Under the pieces are notes generated by a model. It was not told the origin of the DNA, did no database searches, and saw nothing but the letters and a program-made list of their open reading frames with translations. A stretch of 64,000 nucleotides of DNA from a virus (lineage: Duplodnaviria > Caudoviricetes), in the IMG/VR virus record IMGVR_UViG_3300031992_000039, positions 32,001 through 96,000 of that record. One strand, given 5' to 3'. Position numbers and translations under genes: made by a program. Shown piece by piece: positions 1 to 8,060 of the stretch; positions within the stretch are counted from its first letter, which is position 1, and every line of letters starts with the position of its first letter.

Positions 1-375
1 GTTCGCCTCCGCCTCTTCAAGCGTCTCGAAAAACTTTTTCCAACACTTTTCGTATTCGCTGTTGCAATCATCGCAAAAATCTCCGCAATATCGGGTGAAA
101 AAGTCATCGACGCGCAGTTCTCCAAAAGAAAGGTTGCACGGTGCTCCAAACCATTCTCCCAACTTTTTATATATATACAAGCTCATGCTTCCCTTCACCC
201 TATACCGCTTCATCGTGGCGTAGGCAGCTTCCGCAGCGTTCGCAGAGTTCGCATATGGCGATGTCGCTCCGCAATTATCACATGCATACCAATACACCTT
301 GTAGGGCCATAATCGGTCGGCATCTTTTATGTCCATCATATTCCCACAATACGGGCATTTAGGATTCTCGCTCAT
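1..375 (-). CDS. Partial Zn-ribbon protein (Lar/restriction-alleviation-like N-terminus); runs off the window
   Basis: Manual translation from ATG at 375: MSENPKCPYCGN...YACDNCGATSP...; open to position 1; missing from the ORF track because it has no stop. Confidence 0.6.
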   Translation of the reverse strand, partial: MSENPKCPYCGNMMDIKDADRLWPYKVYWYACDNCGATSPYANSANAAEAAYATMKRYRVKGSMSLYIYKKLGEWFGAPCNLSFGELRVDDFFTRYCGDFCDDCNSEYEKCWKKFFETLEEAEAN

Positions 376-685
376 TATTTACCCTCTCTACTCTACCTTT
401 ATAAAGCTCTTTCATCATTAAAGTTTTTCCATTCTGTCTCGCGCAAATTATTTGAGTCCTTGCCCCAAAATAGGCCGAAATACGCGAATGGATATTTATA
501 TCATTTATTTTTCCTACATAGATTTCTTCGCCACATTTAGGGCAAATAGCCGCCAATTCTACATATGAAAAAATTACTCCTTGAATCCCATCGGTCACAC
601 TATTCGCACTAAGCTCTGGGACTACGTCCTCATTACAACAGTAACAATATGTAGGCTCAAGATTAATAGGTTTTACGGATGCCAT
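359..685 (-). CDS. YgiT/MqsA-type zinc-finger protein without HTH
   Basis: CYCC...CPKCGEEIY pattern typical of the MqsA N-terminal Zn domain. Confidence 0.5.
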   Translation of the reverse strand: MASVKPINLEPTYCYCCNEDVVPELSANSVTDGIQGVIFSYVELAAICPKCGEEIYVGKINDINIHSRISAYFGARTQIICARQNGKTLMMKELYKGRVERVNNERES

Positions 686-1029
686 ATAACTTTACTCCAA
701 TTGGTCTTATCATTCTTAACTTCTTCTATATTATCCCAAACTCCACTTTTATGAGCAATAAATTCATTTACAGGAACTCCGATACCAGTTGACAAAAAAT
801 ACTCATCTGTGAAAAATTTCATATAATTCCCAGTCTTCTTATCATAAACTACTCCATAAATATATAAAAACCCGTCTCCATTCCCTTCTCCCCAATTCAT
901 CCAATAAGTCGAAGACTGACTAACTTGGAAACGCCCTCTCCACAACTCATCATTTAAGAGAATACGATTCCATTTTCTAAATTCTTTATTTACTCTGCGC
1001 TGGGCGCTTCTACGCTTTTTATTTCTCAT
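673..1029 (-). CDS. Hypothetical protein with basic N-terminus
   Basis: 118-aa ORF, translationally coupled to its neighbours. Confidence 0.7.
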   Translation of the reverse strand: MRNKKRRSAQRRVNKEFRKWNRILLNDELWRGRFQVSQSSTYWMNWGEGNGDGFLYIYGVVYDKKTGNYMKFFTDEYFLSTGIGVPVNEFIAHKSGVWDNIEEVKNDKTNWSKVIWHP

Positions 1030-1118
1030 TTTGCAATCCTTACTCCTATCAAAAGTCCAATTTCAAAGAACCCGCAAGCAATAATTATAAGCAACAGAAT
1101 CTTTTCAAGAATCTCCAT
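1026..1118 (-). CDS. Small single-TM protein (30 aa)
   Basis: MEILEKILLLIIIACGFFEIGLLIGVRIAK; TGATG and ATGA overlaps with both neighbours. Confidence 0.6.
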   Translation of the reverse strand: MEILEKILLLIIIACGFFEIGLLIGVRIAK

Positions 1119-1273
1119 CAATCTTCCCTCACTTTCTTATCCCTCTTCCTATCATACTTTTTCTTATCCTTAAAAACTGTCGGGCGCGGCATCAATTCCC
1201 TTTCCATGCCTCGCGCGCCAGCCAAGATTTTCAGTAGGTCTTTAGTTTTCTTATCCTGCTTACATATCTTCAT
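1118..1273 (-). CDS. Small basic protein (51 aa), possibly ArfA-like
   Basis: MKICKQDKKTKDLLKILAGARGMERELMPRPTVFKDKKKYDRKRDKKVRED; fills the operon gap; KxxYxRK tail resembles ArfA. Confidence 0.5.
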   Translation of the reverse strand: MKICKQDKKTKDLLKILAGARGMERELMPRPTVFKDKKKYDRKRDKKVRED

Positions 1274-1616
1274 CTATCCTTTCCCAGTCTGCATAGTTGT
1301 CATTATACCTATACCGCCCTGGCCCCATAATCCCACTAAGATCAAATCCAAAGTACCATTCCATGAACGCAACTGCTTCCGCCCAATCCCCAAAAATTTC
1401 TCCGCAGAAACTCCCTACATCTAAATACTCAGCCTTTTTATAAGCAATTCTTATTCCCTCAACAGTACCATCTCCTTCAAGTACTGTCACTCCGTCTTCT
1501 GCCCAAAAAGTAAATACTTCGGGGAAATGAGTAATCTTATATTCATATTTTTCACAGGCTTCCTTATAAGGAAAAATCTCGTCGTCAATAGCCTGATAAT
1601 ACTCGATCTTTTTCAT
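1260..1616 (-). CDS. Hypothetical acidic protein
   Basis: GAGGAG RBS before ATG 1616; first gene after a sigmaA promoter. Confidence 0.7.
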   Translation of the reverse strand: MKKIEYYQAIDDEIFPYKEACEKYEYKITHFPEVFTFWAEDGVTVLEGDGTVEGIRIAYKKAEYLDVGSFCGEIFGDWAEAVAFMEWYFGFDLSGIMGPGRYRYNDNYADWERIDEDM

Positions 1617-1645
1617 ACCAATCTCCTCTCTCACTCTCTATAAAT

Positions 1646-1674
1646 ATTATACCAAAATTTTTCAGGAAAATCAA
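1646..1674 (-). promoter_or_regulatory. sigmaA-type promoter
   Basis: TTGATT-N17-TATAAT with extended TG. Confidence 0.8.
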
Positions 1675-1714
1675 ATATAAAATTAAGGGTGTCGCACCAG
1701 CAACACCCCTTCTT

Positions 1715-2029
1715 TTAATCTTCCCTTGTAAGCAAATCCCAAAGATTATCTATTGTCGAAAGAGGCACGTCCTCTCCGTTTTCATCCGTAACCATTCCGG
1801 GGTGCCAATTCCTTCCAAAATCCAAGTCATAAACAAAATATGACAAATCATTATCGTAGTCAGAACTAATATCGCACATCTGCTCAATAAGGCCATAATA
1901 TTCCTGTACCCAACTACTTCCAATCCATTCGGGGCCCGCGGTCAATGCCTCGCCAATATCCCGTTCATCTCGACTCATAATCTCAAGTGCCGCTATCGCC
2001 CTTTTAAACTCTTCCTTTGTAAAACGCAT
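1715..2029 (-). CDS. Hypothetical phage protein
   Basis: 104 aa, AGGAG RBS; YFVYDLDFG motif. Confidence 0.7.
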   Translation of the reverse strand: MRFTKEEFKRAIAALEIMSRDERDIGEALTAGPEWIGSSWVQEYYGLIEQMCDISSDYDNDLSYFVYDLDFGRNWHPGMVTDENGEDVPLSTIDNLWDLLTRED

Positions 2030-2052
2030 TTATATTTCTCCTTCTCTATATA

Positions 2053-2247
2053 TTAATTATTTTCTTTTTCTTCTATTTCTCCTGTAGATACTTTCTCCTC
2101 CATTTTTAAAACCATATCAGTTATAATTTTATGGATGTATTCTCTTGAATAAGCAGATATAACCTGCCCCGTCGGGGTCGAAGCCTGTATATCGGGAGGA
2201 GAAAAAATAATCTGTTGATATATTCGAAGTGCATCTATTGTATTCAT
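2053..2247 (-). CDS. Hypothetical protein
   Basis: 64 aa; ATGA overlap with the upstream gene. Confidence 0.55.
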   Translation of the reverse strand: MNTIDALRIYQQIIFSPPDIQASTPTGQVISAYSREYIHKIITDMVLKMEEKVSTGEIEEKENN

Positions 2248-2576
2248 TTAAACGACTTAAGCATGGTCTTTTTAAAAATTTCCCAAGCCTGATCTTGAGC
2301 ACACTGATATATTTTTCTTATATTTTCCATATTATCTGTAAGATCATTGGGATATATTCCGCACTCTCTACAAATTTCTGCAAGAGAAATTAAATCAGAT
2401 AGCTTATATCCTTTATAATATACTTCTTCCGCATTATCAAACTGACAAGACAAAAGTTCAGAATTACGCTTTCTTAAATCTTCATTTGAATCTTTTAATT
2501 TAAAAATAATATCCTTTATTTTTTGATTTGCTATTGTAGCTTCTTGAAGAGCCTCATATATTTCTTCTGCGCTCAT
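2244..2576 (-). CDS. Hypothetical protein
   Basis: 110 aa; ATGA overlap. Confidence 0.65.
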   Translation of the reverse strand: MSAEEIYEALQEATIANQKIKDIIFKLKDSNEDLRKRNSELLSCQFDNAEEVYYKGYKLSDLISLAEICRECGIYPNDLTDNMENIRKIYQCAQDQAWEIFKKTMLKSFK

Positions 2577-3226
2577 TCTCTCTCTCCTGTAATCAATTCA
2601 CTATAAGGAAGCGTTTCAATCCAATCACAAAAATCCTGCCACTCATTAAGCTTATGGTTTCTGCGCGAGGCATATATATTTGCCAATACCTCATAATTCA
2701 ACATCAAAGTGCGCCGCTGGTTATAACTGGAAGGTAAAAGCTGAATCATTTGCCACCACCACACCTTTTCCTTTGTTTCCAGATAATTGCGCCGAGCCGC
2801 ATTCAACATAGCAATGGTCTGGCGCAGTGAAGTCATAAAATTTATATCATTTCCATCTACATCTTGAAGCGTACGCAAATGTTCACAGGAAAAATCATCT
2901 TCTACAAATTCTTTCTCATGTATCTTATGCATTGTAGAACAACTATTACAAACTGTACCTACTTTATAAGTATCAAACTCTTTGAGCATATAAAGAGGGG
3001 CTATCATGTCAAAAGTAACATTAATCATTCGACGGAACTTTGCGTGAACAGGACCACCCTTCACTAATTTCATAGCGAGCTCGTGATCTTTTTCACCAAA
3101 TATAAAACCTTTTCCACTAAAACCCGCTTCAATACTATCACTTTTATCCCAGGAATTCATAGGATTACGAAGTCCTCTAATTGCAGCTTCCCATCCCATA
3201 ACCCCTACATTTTCAATTTTTATCAT
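2573..3226 (-). CDS. ThyX-like (flavin-dependent thymidylate synthase-like) phage protein
   Basis: HAKFRRMI, EFDTYKVG, NSCSTMH, LLPSSYNQ, RRNHKLNEW resemble the divergent phage ThyX-like family. Confidence 0.55.
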   Translation of the reverse strand: MIKIENVGVMGWEAAIRGLRNPMNSWDKSDSIEAGFSGKGFIFGEKDHELAMKLVKGGPVHAKFRRMINVTFDMIAPLYMLKEFDTYKVGTVCNSCSTMHKIHEKEFVEDDFSCEHLRTLQDVDGNDINFMTSLRQTIAMLNAARRNYLETKEKVWWWQMIQLLPSSYNQRRTLMLNYEVLANIYASRRNHKLNEWQDFCDWIETLPYSELITGERE

Positions 3227-3231
3227 TTATA

Positions 3232-3504
3232 TTATACTTTTTTCCCCCGTAATATAATCAACTCTATAAGTCCATCAAGACTATTACCCTCAAGCCTTAC
3301 CGTTTCTTCATCCTTAATCGCATAGAATCCTATACTATTCATATCTTTATATACCTTCCAATCCCAAAGCGTAAACAAAATTGGATCAATATAAGAAACA
3401 CTTTCATTTACAGTTAGAGGGTTCGCGCAATCCCAGCAAACCATTGAACCTTCAGGTACATAGGCACCGCACATTACGCATTTATCGTCCATATTGATTC
3501 CCAT
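3232..3504 (-). CDS. Zn-finger hypothetical protein
   Basis: CVMCG...CWDC. Confidence 0.6.
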   Translation of the reverse strand: MGINMDDKCVMCGAYVPEGSMVCWDCANPLTVNESVSYIDPILFTLWDWKVYKDMNSIGFYAIKDEETVRLEGNSLDGLIELIILRGKKV

Positions 3505-3935
3505 CCTTCTTCAATCTGCGGCATAGTAAACCGCTTACTCTGCGCGAGGACGACCTCGTCAGGAACATGGCGGTCTCGCTTGGACTGATTTTCAATAGCT
3601 CTCGCGCTATCATTACCAGTTACTACACAAATCATATGCGCCATCGTACCAAACTGAGAAATTAAAGTAAATCTATCCCTTAGGCGCAAATTCATCGCAT
3701 CAAAAATTACGGTATTTCCTTCCTCAAGAAGTTTGCGTATCCTATCATATGCAATCTTGAAAACCTTGTCTCCATCTTTCTGTACACTAGCGCTCCCAAA
3801 CAGTTCTTCTCGAATTGCGTCAGTGGAAACAATTTCGGCATTCGCGATAGTTTCTTTTATGCGTTCGGCGTTATAAGATTTACCAGAGCCACTAATACCA
3901 CACATTACATAAAGTGCAGGCAACATTTTAATCAT
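3474..3935 (-). CDS. P-loop kinase, AAA_33/polynucleotide kinase-like
   Basis: GISGSGKS Walker A, STDAIR, VIFDAMN. Confidence 0.8.
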   Translation of the reverse strand: MIKMLPALYVMCGISGSGKSYNAERIKETIANAEIVSTDAIREELFGSASVQKDGDKVFKIAYDRIRKLLEEGNTVIFDAMNLRLRDRFTLISQFGTMAHMICVVTGNDSARAIENQSKRDRHVPDEVVLAQSKRFTMPQIEEGWESIWTINA

Positions 3936-3955
3936 TTTAACTCCTTTTCTTCTCT

Positions 3956-4114
3956 TTATCGTACAAGTCTAGCAATATCCATAATCGATTCTCGTATCCA
4001 TAACGCTTCGTCATAATCAACAGGTCCAGCCCATCCTTCCTCACCATATCTGTCAATATCATTAGACTCAAAAATTTCTTTAATAGCCCATAAAAATTCT
4101 ATACAATCCTTCAT
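3956..4114 (-). CDS. Small hypothetical protein (52 aa)
   Basis: Manual translation MKDCIEFLWAIKEIF...IARLVR; AGGAG RBS; fills the gap. Confidence 0.55.
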   Translation of the reverse strand: MKDCIEFLWAIKEIFESNDIDRYGEEGWAGPVDYDEALWIRESIMDIARLVR

Positions 4115-4344
4115 ATCGACTCCTTTCTAATAGGAGCATCTATCTTTCCTTTCTCTATCACGGCAAGCTCTTTTGCAATCCAATTTGCTCGCTCTCTCAA
4201 TGTTTCAAATTTTTCTTCGCCAATTTTATTAGCATAACCTCTCCATGTTTCAATCGTCTTATCTGCAATTTTTTTCAAACAAGAAGGACATATATTAAAA
4301 TTTTTAGAAAGCAAATCCTCTTCACATATAATACACTTATTCAT
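4111..4344 (-). CDS. Zn-finger hypothetical protein
   Basis: CIIC...CPSC. Confidence 0.6.
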   Translation of the reverse strand: MNKCIICEEDLLSKNFNICPSCLKKIADKTIETWRGYANKIGEEKFETLRERANWIAKELAVIEKGKIDAPIRKESI

Positions 4345-4346
4345 TT

Positions 4347-4628
4347 TTACTTGCCATGTGCTATTAGTACGACATCTGTCGAATGAACTAAATAAAATTC
4401 TCCATCAATCTTAACCTGCAACTGATCACCTTCATAATCATTCCAAGTTTCTACAGTTCCTCGAACAATCGCTCCATCTGGGAGACTTATAATTGCTTCA
4501 TCATATTTCTGAATACCGTCCCAAATAGTCTTATTACAACCATTACACCCAGCGGCGCATCCACAAAATAAACACGACACAATTAAAAGACAAATTATTA
4601 TAAATTTTATGGCTACCTTATACCTCAT
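4347..4628 (-). CDS. Putative lipoprotein/membrane protein
   Basis: Hydrophobic signal ending in LFCGC. Confidence 0.6.
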   Translation of the reverse strand: MRYKVAIKFIIICLLIVSCLFCGCAAGCNGCNKTIWDGIQKYDEAIISLPDGAIVRGTVETWNDYEGDQLQVKIDGEFYLVHSTDVVLIAHGK

Positions 4629-4640
4629 ACATATTTCTCC

Positions 4641-5867
4641 TTACCCATGATACTTCAGCAAATACTTATTTGAAACCGCCTTGAACGATTTAACACCATC
4701 AAGACTTCTAAATACCAAACCCTCGCGCATACCACCATCTATAAGTGACTTTCCATCCGCAAATGTAACCAAATCCTCACAACTAGTCGGCAAGAAATAA
4801 CTGCGCGCGACTATCGGTACGAAAGGTATCCCAAACTCCTGCATATACTGCTTCCCGTCTATAGGATTCAAACGCTGAGTTGTACCATCCTTATATCCAA
4901 ATATTACATTAAATATGCGCAGGTCATGACCAGTAAGGCCATAATCACGCTTCTGCACACCAGCGCCGTAGACCTCACCCTGAAGCGTTATAAACACTAC
5001 ATCGCGCCCGCTCTCCATTTCAAGCATCTGCGTGAGCTTTTCCTTTATATGATACTTCTCTGCCATCTCGACATAGATATTTGTATCATAAAAACAGGGC
5101 TTATCAGGGTTATCAAACACCACATTGCGCGAACATACATGAAACTCTCGCTTCAGACCAGACTTGCGCATTGTAGCTGTGAAAGAAGAACCATCTATCT
5201 TTTCAGTTACAACCCACTCATCAAGATTGTTCGGAAATAAGAACGGCATGTTCTGCACACGCTCCTCGTCTGTTTTTACGACCCAGGCAGGCCACCCGTT
5301 CTTTTTGTCGCGTTTCTTTCCAAAAAATGCAAACAGAAGCTTCTTGCCCCAGTTTCTCTTCATCATCCAACGCCACCACTTCTTACGCGCCAGCTTCGGA
5401 TGTCTCTGCGCCATCTTCTTATACTTATCGCCAATAGATGCCTTACGCACATTATCCTCAAGTACGGCGTAAGTTACGCCCAGCTCCTTTGTGAGAAAAC
5501 GCGAATCATCTATGAAATCACGAGTGCCATTCGCATTAAAAACACAGGTTTTAGATGGATCTACCTTATAACCAAATGCGCTTACTGGCATAAGGAGTCC
5601 CTGGCTTACAACACCACGAATCTTCTGCGACTTTATCTTAAAGTGCTTCGACGCAAGAAATTCCATTGAGGCAAACGGCTCAACCTCGGGCACCTTCGAA
5701 TCTATCTCAAAATAGACAGCTATGTCGCCTCGCTTAAACTCTCCCTTACCAACAACACAATTCCAACCGCCGACATGCGCACACTCAAGCCTATCAGCAT
5801 CCATCGCACTGACATCATCTACATATACAAGGTAACAAAGCTCTCGCTCGTTTTTTGAGTTAAGCAT
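4641..5867 (-). CDS. RNA ligase (Rnl2/DRB0094 family)
   Basis: N-terminal OB-like DADRLE...YFEIDS; TEKIDGSS motif I; QGEVYG; REGLVFR; FKAVSNKYL. Confidence 0.85.
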   Translation of the reverse strand: MLNSKNERELCYLVYVDDVSAMDADRLECAHVGGWNCVVGKGEFKRGDIAVYFEIDSKVPEVEPFASMEFLASKHFKIKSQKIRGVVSQGLLMPVSAFGYKVDPSKTCVFNANGTRDFIDDSRFLTKELGVTYAVLEDNVRKASIGDKYKKMAQRHPKLARKKWWRWMMKRNWGKKLLFAFFGKKRDKKNGWPAWVVKTDEERVQNMPFLFPNNLDEWVVTEKIDGSSFTATMRKSGLKREFHVCSRNVVFDNPDKPCFYDTNIYVEMAEKYHIKEKLTQMLEMESGRDVVFITLQGEVYGAGVQKRDYGLTGHDLRIFNVIFGYKDGTTQRLNPIDGKQYMQEFGIPFVPIVARSYFLPTSCEDLVTFADGKSLIDGGMREGLVFRSLDGVKSFKAVSNKYLLKYHG

Positions 5868-6050
5868 TTATTCCCAATTCTCCTCTCTATATATCTCAAT
5901 ATCATACACTCCAAAACCAAGACCGCAACCAAGATCATATCTATAAAAACCTTCTGGTCCATCATCAGAATAAGTGGTTATTTCTAAATCCATATCGTCA
6001 TATTCTTCTGGAATCTCATTAATCCATTGCTTAAATTTTTTAACAGTCAT
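5868..6050 (-). CDS. Hypothetical protein
   Basis: 60 aa, AGGAG RBS. Confidence 0.55.
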   Translation of the reverse strand: MTVKKFKQWINEIPEEYDDMDLEITTYSDDGPEGFYRYDLGCGLGFGVYDIEIYREENWE

Positions 6051-6061
6051 TTAAATCTCCT

Positions 6062-6583
6062 TTAGGCCGCCGACATCATCATTTCCATAAATGCGTTTGC
6101 CATCATATCAATACTCTCATTCCAAATATCATACAGTTCCACAACCGCACTCTGATTCTCATTTATAAACCTAATTTCCCACTCATTGGCCGCGAGCTCA
6201 TCTGCTACATTCCAATAAGCCATATAGCCTTCCTTTAGCGTCTCTGCGTTATGATAAATCTTTGTCTTATCGTCAGCGCAATTATCAATAAAGCGACAGC
6301 CACCAAACTGATTCATCAGCTTGTGAATCGTACAACTATGACCCACCTCATGGAGAAAACTCAGTATATCAGCAGGGATACCCGCACACCTACAACCCTT
6401 GTTGGTCAGATATTCCTCAAACCATTCATCACTTTCGTCCTCGTTGGAAGTACCAATGTTAATGATGTGGTCAGTAATATTATAAGTAAAGTCCTTACCA
6501 AACTGAACACTCTTAACTTCATTAAGTCCATACTTCTCCAGCCAAGACATGATATTGGATTCGAAATTATCAAAAATCTGCAT
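6062..6583 (-). CDS. Putative zincin-like metallopeptidase
   Basis: FLHEVGH (HExxH) followed by a downstream ExxA motif. Confidence 0.55.
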   Translation of the reverse strand: MQIFDNFESNIMSWLEKYGLNEVKSVQFGKDFTYNITDHIINIGTSNEDESDEWFEEYLTNKGCRCAGIPADILSFLHEVGHSCTIHKLMNQFGGCRFIDNCADDKTKIYHNAETLKEGYMAYWNVADELAANEWEIRFINENQSAVVELYDIWNESIDMMANAFMEMMMSAA

Positions 6584-6607
6584 AGTATCCCCTCACTTTC
6601 TATAAAT

Positions 6608-6636
6608 ATTATATCAAAAGTTTAAGAAAAAATCAA
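6608..6636 (-). promoter_or_regulatory. sigmaA-type promoter
   Basis: TTGATT-N17-TATAAT. Confidence 0.8.
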
Positions 6637-6836
6637 ATTAAAAGGCATCAAATGATGCCCCTATCCTCAATTATTGTAGCCATTAACTTAGTTAAAACGT
6701 CTATTCGTTTCCAGCATAAGTCCCAATAAATATTACTATCTATAAAATTACAAAGTTTATACCTTTTATGCTTAAAAAGCCATCTACAGAGCTGAAATTT
6801 AAGCCCGTGATGCCATATCTTTTTACCCATCTTTTA

Positions 6837-7082
6837 TCAAAACTCCTTTACCTTTCCACTGAAAATATCAACAAAGCTTATTTTGTAACCATATCCATTT
6901 TCTTTAAGAATTTCTTCATATTTAAAGACTAATTTTCCACGATATCCAATCATAATTCCCGGATATTGAGTTATTATATAAAGTTTTCCTTCACAACAAT
7001 GAAAAGCTATTGTCTCTCGGGGATTTAAACCAGCTTCATTATACCAATCCATAATAATTTCTTTAAGAGTCTTATTAATCAT
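6837..7082 (-). CDS. Hypothetical protein with KH-like GxxxG motif
   Basis: ITQYPGIMIGYRGK resembles the type II KH loop. Confidence 0.5.
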   Translation of the reverse strand: MINKTLKEIIMDWYNEAGLNPRETIAFHCCEGKLYIITQYPGIMIGYRGKLVFKYEEILKENGYGYKISFVDIFSGKVKEF

Positions 7083-7086
7083 ATAA

Positions 7087-7299
7087 TTATTTGTCCTCTT
7101 CTATTTCCTCTGCACTGCAGATTTCTTTGAGTTCAATCCCAAAAGGAACTTGCGCAGTATAATCAATGACTCTAACTGGGGTGTCATACTTTATATTATT
7201 AGCTGTAATTTTGTACTTAGCGCCAGGCCGCAAGGAAAGATTCGTTTTATAAGAATATACTCGATAATAGTTTTCAAACTTTACCCTTACGATTTTCAT
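7087..7299 (-). CDS. Hypothetical protein
   Basis: Start moved to ATG 7299 (AGGAG RBS). Confidence 0.6.
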   Translation of the reverse strand: MKIVRVKFENYYRVYSYKTNLSLRPGAKYKITANNIKYDTPVRVIDYTAQVPFGIELKEICSAEEIEEDK

Positions 7300-7312
7300 T
7301 TTTACTCCTTTC

Positions 7313-7996
7313 TTAATCAAAAAACCCGCTATAATCAATCATTACAATTCGACCATCATGCATAAAGCCCCAATTTCCATAATGGAGATCATTTATCCCA
7401 TAAGACTCTAAGAAATCAATTAAACAATCCATATCTTCTCCAAGAAAGGCAGTTACATAATCTGCAACTTCGCAGCCAAATATAGCTGATTCGATATATT
7501 TTTCGCGTTCATCTTCGTCTGGATACTCATCTTTGGGATAGCAGCTAGATATATACCTATACATACTACTCTCAAAACTACACTCATCTAATCTCGCACG
7601 CTCTTGAAGATAAACTGCTATCCCATCAACAAAACCACAAAAATACATAGCGGCGAAATATTTATCAAGCCCACTTTCAATTGCGTACTGGTAATTATCA
7701 CATTCAGTTTTACAGTAATTAATACCTGAATTAAATCTTTTAGCACTGCGGTCGATATTAACTTTTATAACCCAATCTTCATTAGGAGTTAAAATACAAA
7801 CTTTAGAAGCTCCCCGCTCAACCCTTATATTAAGGGAATCAAGAATCGAGCAATGCGCCGTACGCCACTCCTCGAACTTAAGGTCTGTATAACCATCGTC
7901 ATATTTCTTATAAGTTATAGCCTCTTCAAAATCAAAAGAAAGGAGAACCCGCATAATACGAAGCGCCTCCTTCTCATCACTTACAGTAGGCTTCAT
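7313..7996 (-). CDS. Protein kinase-like fold protein
   Basis: GASK loop, VIK, helix-C Glu, DLHYGN catalytic loop, IDYSG. Confidence 0.65.
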   Translation of the reverse strand: MKPTVSDEKEALRIMRVLLSFDFEEAITYKKYDDGYTDLKFEEWRTAHCSILDSLNIRVERGASKVCILTPNEDWVIKVNIDRSAKRFNSGINYCKTECDNYQYAIESGLDKYFAAMYFCGFVDGIAVYLQERARLDECSFESSMYRYISSCYPKDEYPDEDEREKYIESAIFGCEVADYVTAFLGEDMDCLIDFLESYGINDLHYGNWGFMHDGRIVMIDYSGFFD

Positions 7997-8027
7997 GCGT
8001 TTTCCCCTTTCTTTATTTTCTATATAC

Positions 8028-8056
8028 ATTATAACTAATTTTGAAGAAAAAATCAA
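8028..8056 (-). promoter_or_regulatory. sigmaA-type promoter
   Basis: TTGATT-N17-TATAAT. Confidence 0.75.
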
Positions 8057-8060
8057 ATTT

